Both the position numbers and the translations under genes were made by a program. From the NCBI GenBank assembly GCA_964202905.1, contig CAXNJO010000001.1, forward strand, positions 128,001-192,000: DNA of 64,000 bases. The letters are read 5' to 3'. The DNA comes from Polyangiales bacterium. GTDB lineage: Bacteria; Myxococcota_A; Polyangia; Polyangiales; JADJQN01. Positions 34,661 to 43,193 of the stretch are shown here, in pieces; positions within the stretch are counted from its first letter, which is position 1; each line of letters starts with the position of its first letter. The notes under the pieces are model-generated. The model made no database searches and had not been told where the DNA came from. It saw nothing but the letters and a program-made list of their open reading frames with translations.

Positions 34661-35437
34661 ATGGACGACGTCCTCTACGCGAACCTCGTGACCCTGCAGG
34701 TGGCGACCCCCGGGGGCGCGGGCGCGGCCCACGGGCAGCTCGACCCGTGGCAGCTCGTGCTCGACGCCTCGCCCGTCGTGAAGATCGTGATGCTCGTGCT
34801 CGTGCTCATGAGCGTGTCGTGCTGGTTCATCATCGGCGGCAAGCTCGTGCAGCTCCTCCGCGCGAGCGCGCAGAGTGCCCGTTTTCTGGGCATTTTCTGG
34901 GACAAGACGCAGGGCACGGCCTGGACGACGGAGCGCCTCGAGGGCGTCTACGCGCAGGCCCGCCCGCTCGAGGGCTCGCCGCTCGCGCGGGTCTTTCACG
35001 CGGGCTACGTGGAGCTCGCGCGCGTCACGGAGAGCGCCGACACGACGCTGCCCACGCAGCCCGCGCTGCACGGGGACCTCGACAACGTCGAGCGCGCCCT
35101 GCGCCGCGCTTCGAACAACGAGGTCACGCTCCTCGAGAACCTGCTGCCCGTGCTCGCGACGACGGGCTCGGTCGCGCCCTTCATCGGGCTCCTCGGCACG
35201 GTGTGGGGCGTGATGAACTCGTTCATCGGCATCGGAAACCTCGGCAACGCGAGCCTCGCCGTCGTCGCGCCCGGCATCGCGGAGGCGCTCATCGCGACGG
35301 CCATCGGCCTCGCCGCCGCGATCCCGGCGGTGATCGCCTACAACTACTTCCTCCGCCGCATCCGCGTGCTCGAGAGCGAGATGGAAGCCTTCGCGAGCGA
35401 CTACCTCAACATCGTCCGCCGCCACTTCCTCGGCTGA
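34661..35437 (+). CDS. tolQ: TolQ (MotA/TolQ/ExbB family)
   Basis: LATTGSVAPFIGLLGTVWGVMNSF, VAPGIAEALIATAIGLAAAIPAVIAYN. Confidence 0.92.
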   Translation: MDDVLYANLVTLQVATPGGAGAAHGQLDPWQLVLDASPVVKIVMLVLVLMSVSCWFIIGGKLVQLLRASAQSARFLGIFWDKTQGTAWTTERLEGVYAQARPLEGSPLARVFHAGYVELARVTESADTTLPTQPALHGDLDNVERALRRASNNEVTLLENLLPVLATTGSVAPFIGLLGTVWGVMNSFIGIGNLGNASLAVVAPGIAEALIATAIGLAAAIPAVIAYNYFLRRIRVLESEMEAFASDYLNIVRRHFLG

Positions 35438-35444
35438 GCGCGCC

Positions 35445-35882
35445 ATGGGCATGGGCAGCGGAGGGAACGGCGGCCGACGCGCGCCGCTCAGCGAGATCAA
35501 CGTGACCCCGATGGTCGACGTGATGCTCGTGCTGCTGATCATCTTCATGGTCTCGGCGCCGATGCTCACGACGGGCGTCGACGTCGATCTGCCGAGCGCG
35601 CGCGCGCCGGCGATGGCGCTCGATCAGGAGAAGTTGCTGCTGACGGTGACCGACGACGAGAAGGTCTACCTCGGCGAGACGGAGGTCCCCTACGACCGCC
35701 TCGAGGCCGCGCTCACGTCGAACGCGCGGCTCCAGCAGGAGAAGGAGCTCTACGTGCAGGCCGACGAGGCCGCGCGCTACGGCTTCGTCGTCAAGGTGCT
35801 CGCGATCGTGCGGCGCGCGGGCATCGAGAAGCTCGGCCTCGTCACGGATCCGGTCGGCGAGGCCGACGCGCCCGCCGAGTGA
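35445..35882 (+). CDS. tolR: TolR (ExbD/TolR family)
   Basis: SEINVTPMVDVMLVLLIIFMVSAP. Confidence 0.92.
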   Translation: MGMGSGGNGGRRAPLSEINVTPMVDVMLVLLIIFMVSAPMLTTGVDVDLPSARAPAMALDQEKLLLTVTDDEKVYLGETEVPYDRLEAALTSNARLQQEKELYVQADEAARYGFVVKVLAIVRRAGIEKLGLVTDPVGEADAPAE

Positions 35883-36700
35883 GGGAGCGCGCCTTGTACG
35901 TCCACGCCGACGACGTCGCCCCGCCCTCGCTGCTCGCCGGCCGCCCGCTCGGGGCGCGCGCGCTCGTCGCAGGGCTCGCGCTCGCGCTCGGCTCGCACCT
36001 GGTGCTGCCGCTGCTCGTCGCGCTCGCGTTCGTGGCCGCGGGCGCGCTCGGCAGCGGGGAGCCCGCGGCGCGCACGCCGCTCGACGAGCGCGAGGTGGTG
36101 GTGGCGCATTTCCTCGAGAAAGGCGTGCATTTCGACCCGCGGCGGCTGCCGAACCGCCGCGTGAACCGGCTCTCGACGGCGCCGCCCCCCGATCAGGTCG
36201 CCGTCTCGCGCACCCCCGAGCCGCACGCCCCGCAGGAGCGTCCGGACATGGGCCCCGCGCCCGAGAACGCGCAGGTCGCGGCGCTGTTGAACATCGGCGA
36301 CCGCGCGCAGATCTTCGCGGAGCTCGCGGCGGAGGTCGAGCGCGAGGGCGACCCCGAGGGCGTCGAGGGCGGCTTCGAGAGCGCGCGCGAGGGCGACGCG
36401 TACCTCGGGCAGTTCGTAATGTTCTTCCGGCGCGGCTGGTCGACGCCGACGGTCATCGACGCCGAGACGCTCGCGGGCCTCAGCGCGACGGTGGACGTCG
36501 CGATCGACGCGGAGGGCCGGATCACGGGCGTCACGGTCGCGCAGGGGAGCGGCAACGCGCTCTTCGATCAGTCGGTGCTCGACCGGGTCGAGGCGCTGCG
36601 GAGCGCCGCCGCGACGATCCCGGAGCCGCCCGCGTCCGTGCGCGATCAGTACCTCGGGCGCGCGCGCAGCGTGCGCTTCAACGGGCGCGACGCGCGCTGA
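35879..36700 (+). CDS. TolA/TonB-like energy transducer
   Basis: N-terminal TM with SHLV; TonB-C-like IDAEGRI...SGNALFDQSV; lies between tolR and tolB. Confidence 0.7.
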   Translation: MRERALYVHADDVAPPSLLAGRPLGARALVAGLALALGSHLVLPLLVALAFVAAGALGSGEPAARTPLDEREVVVAHFLEKGVHFDPRRLPNRRVNRLSTAPPPDQVAVSRTPEPHAPQERPDMGPAPENAQVAALLNIGDRAQIFAELAAEVEREGDPEGVEGGFESAREGDAYLGQFVMFFRRGWSTPTVIDAETLAGLSATVDVAIDAEGRITGVTVAQGSGNALFDQSVLDRVEALRSAAATIPEPPASVRDQYLGRARSVRFNGRDAR

Positions 36701-36740
36701 CGGCAGCGGGCACGAGGCGCGCTCGGCTATGCTGCGCGCC

Positions 36741-38132
36741 GTGTCGACCCAACTCCCGCCGCGGCGTGCCGCGAATACGGGCGCCCCGCACGACGTCCGA
36801 GCGACCGTGCCCGCCCCCCTCGCCTCCCGCCGCGCCGTCCGCGCCGTCTTCGCCTCGCTGATCGTCTCGCTCGTCGCGCTCGCCGCGGCGCCCTTCGGGG
36901 GCGGCCCCGCGCGCGGCCAGGATCGCGGCGCCCCCGACGCGGGGCTGCCGGAGCGCGGCCCGGTCATCGACGTCGATGCGCCCGAGCGCGCGCTCTACAA
37001 GATCGCGATCCCGCAGCTGCTCGGCGACTCGGGGCTCGGCGCGCAGGGCGCGGAGGTGCTGCGCCGCGACCTCGCGCTCGTGTCGCTGTTCACGATCCTC
37101 GACGCGCGCTCGTTCCTCGCGGACCCGGCGCGCGAGGGGCTCGGCCTCGCGCCCGCGTCGTGGACATCCGTCGGCGCGCAGGGCGTGATCAAGGGTGAGA
37201 TCCGCGGCACGGGCGGCGCGCTCACCGTCGAGATGCGCTTCTTCGAGCTCGCCCGCGGCGCGGACGCGACGCTCACGAAGACCTATCAGGGCGGGCCCGG
37301 CGAGCTGCGCGGCTTCATGCACGACTTCGCGAACGAGGTGCTGCGCGTGCTCACCGGGCAGGCGGGCGCGTTCGGCACGCGGCTCACCTTCGCGCGGCGC
37401 GTCGGGCCCGGGCGCAAGGACGTGTACGTCGCGGACTTCGACGGCGAGGGCGTCGGGCGCGTGTCGAGCGGCGCGGGCGTCGCGATGCTGCCGGCGTTCG
37501 GGCCGGGCGGCGTCTGGTACTCGGTGCTCACGAAGCGCGGGATGTTCATCACGCGCACCGGGCGCGACGAGCAGCCCGTGATCGCGGGCGACGGCATGAA
37601 CATGGGCGTCACGTTCTGCGGCGCGCGCGCGCTCTTCTCGTCGACGCGCGACGGAAACAGTGAGATTTACAGCGCCGCAGCCGATGGCAGCGACGTGCGG
37701 CGCCTGACGCGGCACCCGGGCATCGACGTCTCGCCCGCCTGCGGGCCGGGCGGCCAGGTGGCCTTCGTGAGCGACCGCAACGGCGGACCGCAGATCTTCG
37801 TGATGGACGCCAACGGCGGTGGCGCGCGGCGCGTGACCTTCCGCGGCAACCACAACCAGACGCCCGCGTGGTGCCCGCTGCCCGGCAAGAACCTGCTCGC
37901 GTTCACGGGACGCGACGGCGGCATGGACGTCTTCACCGTCGACGTCGCGACGCAGCAGTACACGCGCATCACGCAGGGACAGGGGACCAACAAGGACCCG
38001 GCCTTCTCGCCCGACTGCCGGATGATCGCGTTCTCCTCGACGCGGGGCGGCATCTTCCTCAGCAGCCCCGAGGGACAGAACCAGAACCTCGTCATCCCCG
38101 GGGGCGCCGAGACGATCCGCTGGTCGCGCTGA
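36741..38132 (+). CDS. tolB: TolB-like protein (PD40 repeats); start uncertain (36729/36741/36807)
   Basis: FSSTRDGNSEIY, IDVSPA, FVSDRNGGPQIFVM, PAFSPDCRMIAFSS. Confidence 0.85.
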   Translation: MSTQLPPRRAANTGAPHDVRATVPAPLASRRAVRAVFASLIVSLVALAAAPFGGGPARGQDRGAPDAGLPERGPVIDVDAPERALYKIAIPQLLGDSGLGAQGAEVLRRDLALVSLFTILDARSFLADPAREGLGLAPASWTSVGAQGVIKGEIRGTGGALTVEMRFFELARGADATLTKTYQGGPGELRGFMHDFANEVLRVLTGQAGAFGTRLTFARRVGPGRKDVYVADFDGEGVGRVSSGAGVAMLPAFGPGGVWYSVLTKRGMFITRTGRDEQPVIAGDGMNMGVTFCGARALFSSTRDGNSEIYSAAADGSDVRRLTRHPGIDVSPACGPGGQVAFVSDRNGGPQIFVMDANGGGARRVTFRGNHNQTPAWCPLPGKNLLAFTGRDGGMDVFTVDVATQQYTRITQGQGTNKDPAFSPDCRMIAFSSTRGGIFLSSPEGQNQNLVIPGGAETIRWSR

Positions 38133-38173
38133 CACACCGCGAATCGCCCCGGAAACGTGGTACTTCGCGGGGC

Positions 38174-38659
38174 ATGGGCGCGCTCCGGATCGTCCTCGCC
38201 GACCTCGACGACGCGGCGCATGCCGCGGCCGTCGTCGACCTCGTCGATGCCTACGCGCGGGAGCCACTCGCGCGGGGCGCGCCGCTGCCGGACGATGTGC
38301 GCCTGCGGCTCGTGCCGGGGCTCCGCGCGCACGCGGGTGCGGTCGTCTTCCTCGCGTTCGAGGGCGGTGCCGCGCTGGGGATCGCGGTGTGTTTCACGGG
38401 ATTCTCGACCTTCGCGGCGCGGCCCCTGCTGAACGTGCACGACCTCGCGGTGCGGGCGGACCACCGGGGGCGCGGCGTCGGACGCGCGCTGCTCGCGGCC
38501 GCCGAGGACCACGCGCGGGCGCGCGGGTTCTGCAAGCTCACGCTCGAGGTGCAGGAGCACAACACACCGGCGCGCGCGCTCTACGCGGCCGTCGGCTTCG
38601 AGGGCTACGCGCTCGACCCGGCTGGGGGTGGCGCGCTGCTGCTGCAGAAATCACTGTGA
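38174..38659 (+). CDS. GNAT family N-acetyltransferase
   Basis: GFSTFAARPLLNVHDLAV..HRGRGVGR, CKLTLEV..N..A..LY...GF. Confidence 0.88.
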   Translation: MGALRIVLADLDDAAHAAAVVDLVDAYAREPLARGAPLPDDVRLRLVPGLRAHAGAVVFLAFEGGAALGIAVCFTGFSTFAARPLLNVHDLAVRADHRGRGVGRALLAAAEDHARARGFCKLTLEVQEHNTPARALYAAVGFEGYALDPAGGGALLLQKSL

Positions 38660-38764
38660 GCGACGCGCGGCGCGGGAACCTCCGCGCGCGCGCAGTGTCC
38701 GAGCGCGACGGGCCACGGTGGCCCGGCCCGGGCGGGAGCCCGGCCGACGGGGATGGAGGGCTCG

Positions 38765-39376
38765 ATGGACGCGGATCCGTTCCGGACACTCGGGGTGAGC
38801 GAGGGCGCGAGCGAGCGCGAGCTGCGCGCGGCGTTCCGGGGGCTCGTGCACGCGCTGCACCCCGATCGCCGGGCCGGCGATCCGCGCGCGTCGGAGCGGC
38901 TGCGCGAGGTGGTCGCGGCCTGGGAAGCGGCCCGCGCGCGGCTGCGGGGGGGCGCGGCGGGGCGTGCAGCGCGGCGCAGGCACGCGCCCTGGGAGGCGGC
39001 GCCGCGGGCGCGGCTGCGCTACGCGTGCGGGCGCTGCGAGGACACGTTCGCGTTCGCGGGGGAGTGCCCACGCTGCGGGGTCACGCTCTGCGACGACACG
39101 GCGGGCGAAGCCCCCATCGCCGCGGACCCGGCCGAGGAGGCGCGCATCGCCGCGTTCGTGCAAACACTCGAGGCGCGGGGCGAACCGCGCGCCTCGCTGC
39201 TCGAAGCCCACGCGCCCGCGCTCACGATGGGTGGCCTCGGGCTCGCCGGCGCGCTCGCGCTCGGCGTCTACGCGCCCGTCGGCGTGATGTTCCTCGGCTA
39301 CGCGCTTTTTCTCGGCGCCGTCCACGCGCACGCGCGGCGCGACGTGCTCGCGCTCGCACGCGCCGCAGAGCGCTGA
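38765..39376 (+). CDS. J-domain protein with Zn-ribbon and C-terminal TM helices
   Basis: DPFRTLGV...ALHPDR (HPD); CGRC...CPRC; hydrophobic C-terminus. Confidence 0.72.
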   Translation: MDADPFRTLGVSEGASERELRAAFRGLVHALHPDRRAGDPRASERLREVVAAWEAARARLRGGAAGRAARRRHAPWEAAPRARLRYACGRCEDTFAFAGECPRCGVTLCDDTAGEAPIAADPAEEARIAAFVQTLEARGEPRASLLEAHAPALTMGGLGLAGALALGVYAPVGVMFLGYALFLGAVHAHARRDVLALARAAER

Positions 39377-39428
39377 CGGCGGCGCGCCCGGCGATCGGGC
39401 CGAGCCGCCGCCCCGCGGGGCGCGTCGC

Positions 39429-40583
39429 CTATCCGCCGCCGAGCGCGCGCTCGACCATCCAGTACGTGGCGACGATCGCGATGAGGGCCGAGCCGCCGCG
39501 CACGATCCACGCACGGTAAAAGGCCGGCCAGCGCGCCGCGAACGCGAGCGGGCCGAGCACGAGCGCGACGACCGCGAGCTGCGCGAGCTCGATCCCGAGG
39601 TTGAACGCGAGCAGCGCGGTCACGCGCCCCGCGCGCGGCAGGACCAACTCGCGCAGCACGGACGAGAAGCCGAAGCCGTGCACGAGCCCGAAGGCGATCG
39701 CGACGGCGGGGAGGCCACGCCGGTGCTCGGGGCGCCAGAGGTTCCACACCGCGACCGCGACGATCGACGCGGCGATGGCCGTCTCGACGAGCCGCGACGG
39801 GAGCACGACGAGGTCGAGCGCCGCGGCGATCAGCGTGAGGCTGTGCCCGAGCGTGAAGCCCGTGACGACGAGCGCGACGTCACGGAGCGCGCGGCGCGTC
39901 CCCTCGCGCGCGGCGTGCTCCCCGGCGACGAGGAGCAGCGAGAGCAGGAAGAGCAGATGATCGAAGCCCGTCACGAGGTGCAGCGCGCCCTCGTGGACGA
40001 AGGTCACGATCACGTCGCCGAGGGGCCGCTCGACGGGCTCGACGCGCAGCTCGCGGCTCCGCGCGCGCAGCACGGTCGCGGTCGCGCCGTCGTCCGTCGA
40101 GAGCCGCACGACGGCCTCGTGCTGCGGGTCGTCGTCGAAGATCGCGTCGTCGCGGAGCACGAGCCGCGCCGACCCCGGCGGGCACGTGAAGCGCAATCGA
40201 ACGGACAAGAAGGGCCGCCCGTCCCGCTCGCGGAGCGTCGGCGTCTCCGCGCGCCCGTGGCACGCGCCCGCCTCCGCGCGCACGTGCAGCGCCCGCTCGA
40301 GCCAGCGCGCAGCCCGCCCTCTCTGCGCGCCGACCGCCGCGGGCGACGCGCCCTCGGCGAGGCCGAGCTCGTAGGCGACGTCCACCACGTCGATGTCCGC
40401 GAGCACGTCCGCGCCCTCCGCGGTGCGCGCGACGAAGAGATACTTGGTCGAGCCGAGGTGGGCGTGCGCGGGGGCCGCCCCCGCGAGCAGCGCGAGGCCG
40501 AGCGCGAGCGACACGGCCGGCGACGGCGCACGCGGCGACGCAGCGCGGGCGCGAGAACCGGGAGACGGGGGCGCGGTGCGCAC
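39429..40583 (-). CDS. HupE/UreJ family membrane protein (start uncertain)
   Basis: AHAH signal end; GALHLVTGFDHLLFL, TGFTLGHSLTL, FGLVHGFGF, FNLGIELAQ. Confidence 0.85.
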   Translation of the reverse strand: MRTAPPSPGSRARAASPRAPSPAVSLALGLALLAGAAPAHAHLGSTKYLFVARTAEGADVLADIDVVDVAYELGLAEGASPAAVGAQRGRAARWLERALHVRAEAGACHGRAETPTLRERDGRPFLSVRLRFTCPPGSARLVLRDDAIFDDDPQHEAVVRLSTDDGATATVLRARSRELRVEPVERPLGDVIVTFVHEGALHLVTGFDHLLFLLSLLLVAGEHAAREGTRRALRDVALVVTGFTLGHSLTLIAAALDLVVLPSRLVETAIAASIVAVAVWNLWRPEHRRGLPAVAIAFGLVHGFGFSSVLRELVLPRAGRVTALLAFNLGIELAQLAVVALVLGPLAFAARWPAFYRAWIVRGGSALIAIVATYWMVERALGGG

Positions 40584-40720
40584 GGGCGGAGTCTGCCCGC
40601 AGGCGCGGCGGGCGCGCACCCCGCCACGGAGGCTGGCCGGAATCTTGGGCGTGCATATCTGTTGATGTAGGTTCGTTTCTTACCTGCGCGAATGGCCGCG
40701 CGGCACGAAGGAGGCGGGCG

Positions 40721-41140
40721 ATGGAAGCGATCAGGCTCATGGCATCGGACCGGAACGCGGTGCGGAGATCGGCGCGCGCGCGCTGTCAGGTGGTCTCGGA
40801 GCGCGACTTCCGGCTCATCGGCGAACAGGCGCTCGACCTCTCGACGGAGGGCCTGCTGCTCGCGTGTGACGATGCCGTGCAGGTCGGCGAGCGCGTGCTG
40901 CTCTCGCTCGAGGTGCCCGGCGCGCGGACGTGGATCGACGCGGAGGCGGTCGTCGTCCGCGTGATCGAGGGCTACCGCGACGGCGACCGCGGCTACTGCG
41001 CGGGCCTGCGCTTCACCGCGATCGACTTCGACGCCTACCGCGCGCTGCGCCACGGGCTGCGCGGTGCGCCGCCCCCCGTGCCGACGCGCGCGCTGCGCAG
41101 CTTCCTCACGCTGACGAACGCGCCGGTCTTCGCGCTGTAG
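40721..41140 (+). CDS. PilZ domain protein
   Basis: RxxxR (RNAVR) and DxSxxG (DLSTEG); AVVVRV, GLRF; RBS aaggagg. Confidence 0.8.
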   Translation: MEAIRLMASDRNAVRRSARARCQVVSERDFRLIGEQALDLSTEGLLLACDDAVQVGERVLLSLEVPGARTWIDAEAVVVRVIEGYRDGDRGYCAGLRFTAIDFDAYRALRHGLRGAPPPVPTRALRSFLTLTNAPVFAL

Positions 41141-41152
41141 TACCGTCCGCGG

Positions 41153-41842
41153 GTGCACCGAGGCCCCCACGCGCCCCGCCCGCTCCTGTTCCTTGCGCTC
41201 GCCCTGCCCGCGCTGCTGATCGGCCTCACGGCCACGGCCGCGCGCGCCGACGCGCAAGCGCCGCAGCCCGTCCCCGAGGGCGCCGCCGTGATCGGCGCGG
41301 CGTCCGCGACCCCGGTCGTGGTGGACACCGCGAACGTGCCGGGCCCGGCGGATGGCGTGATCGTCGCGGCGCCGGCCGGCTACGAGGGCCTCGTGGTGCT
41401 GCCGCCGCCCCCGCCCCCCGGCTACGGCCTGCCGGCCGCTGCGCCGCGCTCCGCGCCTGCGCCGACGCGCGACGGCCGCGAGGGACGCGCGCTTCGGGTG
41501 CTCGCGGAGACGGGGGGCTGGCTCCTCGGGATGGTCGCCACCGTCGCTGCGTCCGCGCTCGTCGCGAACCGCACGGACGTCGTGCGGGACCCGTCGCCGC
41601 TGCTGCTCACCTTCCTCACGGGCTACTGCGTGGTCATGCCGCTCGGCGCGTGGCTGGCGGGCAACGCGCTCGACGGGCAGGGCTCGCTCGGCTGGACGAT
41701 CTTCGGCAACGCGCTCTTCTCCGTCGTCGGCGCGGTGCTCGCCTACGAGATCACCCACGACGACGCGCTCGCCTCGCCCGCGCTCACCGCGCGCCTGCGC
41801 GGACCGCAGCCGCCGGGGCTCGCCGCGACGTTCACGTTCTGA
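41153..41842 (+). CDS. Hypothetical secreted/membrane protein
   Basis: Signal-like N-terminus, Pro-rich linker, hydrophobic helices, C-terminal TFTF. Confidence 0.6.
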   Translation: MHRGPHAPRPLLFLALALPALLIGLTATAARADAQAPQPVPEGAAVIGAASATPVVVDTANVPGPADGVIVAAPAGYEGLVVLPPPPPPGYGLPAAAPRSAPAPTRDGREGRALRVLAETGGWLLGMVATVAASALVANRTDVVRDPSPLLLTFLTGYCVVMPLGAWLAGNALDGQGSLGWTIFGNALFSVVGAVLAYEITHDDALASPALTARLRGPQPPGLAATFTF

Positions 41843-41913
41843 CGCCGCGACGCGCGCTCCGCGGCCAGCGCCACGAACAGCACGCACCCACGGAGCGACG
41901 GGTGCAGCCCGGA

Positions 41914-42003
41914 GACGTGCGGCGCGGGGACGTGCGGCGCGGGGACGTGCGGCGCAGGGGTGTGCGGCGCGGGGGTGTGCGGCGCAGCGACGTTCGGCGA
42001 AAA
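41914..42003. repeat. 15-bp tandem repeat, about 6 units (gacgtgcggcgcggg consensus)
   Basis: Units at 41914, 41929, 41944, 41959, 41974, 41989; intergenic between convergent genes. Confidence 0.85.
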
Positions 42004-42033
42004 ACGCCGCGAAAACCCTGTAAAATGGGGCGT

Positions 42034-43047
42034 TCAGGCCCCCGGTCGGCCCGCGGCGGGGCGCGCCGGGGCGGGGCAGCAGTCGGGGGCGCAGGTGCCC
42101 TCGCCGAGCACGGTGAGCGCGCGGCGCGGGGCGGCCTCGACCTGCTCTCGCACCAGCTCGCGGATCGCCCCGACGAAGGCCGGGTGCGTGCCCGGCGTCG
42201 CGGCGCGCACGTAGCCGAGCCCGAGCTCCGCGGCGATCTCGCGCGCTTCCTCGTCGAGGTCCCACGCCACTTCCATGTGGTCCGAGAGGAAGCCGAGCGG
42301 CGAGACGACGACGCTCGTGACGCCCGCGGCGTGGAGCGCGCGCAGGTGATCGCCGATGTCCGGCGCGAGCCACGGCACGCTCGGCGGACCGCTGCGCGAC
42401 TGCCAGACGAGGTCGAAGTGCTCGCGCCCCACGCGCCCGGCGACGATCGCCGCGGCCGCGCGCAGCTGCGCCTCGTAGCGGCTCGTGTTCGCCATCGACA
42501 TGGGCACGCTGTGCGCGGTGAAGACGAGCGCCGCGTCGGGCGGCGCGGCAGCGAAGGCCTCGCGCACGCGGTCGGTGACCGCGTCGAGGAAGAGCGGGTG
42601 ATCGAAGAACACGCGCAGCTTGTGGAGCTCGGGCGCGCCCTCGCCGAGGGCCGCCTGCGCCCGAGCGAGGTCCTCGCGGTACGCGCGGCACCCCGAGTAG
42701 GACGAGAATGCGCTCGTGACGAAGACGAGGGCGCGGCGCACGCCGTCCGCGGCCATCTGGCGCAGCGCGTCCTCGACGAAGGGGTTCCAGTGCCGGTTGC
42801 CGAAGTAGACGGGCAGCCGCGGCCCGTGCGCGGCGAGCTCGGCCTCGAGGGCGGCGACGAGCGCGCGGTTCTGCGCCGTGATCGGCGAGACGCCGCCGAA
42901 GTGCTGGTAGTGCTCGGCCACCTCGAGCAGACGCTCGCGCGGGACGCCACGACCGCGCGTGACGTTCTCGAGGAAGGGCAGGACGTCGTCGGGCCCCTCG
43001 GGGCCGCCGAACGAGAAGACGAGCAGGGCGTCGTAGGGTGCGCTCAC
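42034..43047 (-). CDS. hemH: Ferrochelatase
   Basis: FSFGGPEG..DVLPFLENV, HYQHFGGVSPI, FTAHSVP, WQSRSG..PWL, GFLSDHMEVAWDLD. Confidence 0.93.
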   Translation of the reverse strand: MSAPYDALLVFSFGGPEGPDDVLPFLENVTRGRGVPRERLLEVAEHYQHFGGVSPITAQNRALVAALEAELAAHGPRLPVYFGNRHWNPFVEDALRQMAADGVRRALVFVTSAFSSYSGCRAYREDLARAQAALGEGAPELHKLRVFFDHPLFLDAVTDRVREAFAAAPPDAALVFTAHSVPMSMANTSRYEAQLRAAAAIVAGRVGREHFDLVWQSRSGPPSVPWLAPDIGDHLRALHAAGVTSVVVSPLGFLSDHMEVAWDLDEEAREIAAELGLGYVRAATPGTHPAFVGAIRELVREQVEAAPRRALTVLGEGTCAPDCCPAPARPAAGRPGA

Positions 43048-43130
43048 GGCGCGAGAGCGTAGGGCCGCCCCCCGCGCGCGACGAGCTTTCTGCGCGCACG
43101 ACGGGCGCATCCCCACGAACGGGGCGCGCG

Positions 43131-43193
43131 CGACGCACGCACGGCGGGCCCGCTACTTCGCGACGCACGCACGGCGGGCCCGCTACTTCGCGA
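43131..43193. repeat. Exact 30-bp tandem duplication spanning the stop codon of the CHAD-CYTH gene
   Basis: cgacgcacgcacggcgggcccgctacttcg at 43131-43160 and 43161-43190. Confidence 0.9.

Noticed and set aside
41914..42003. Possible CRISPR array (also 58200-58265)
   Set aside because: Units are 15-17 bp, directly adjacent with no unique spacers, and no cas genes are present.
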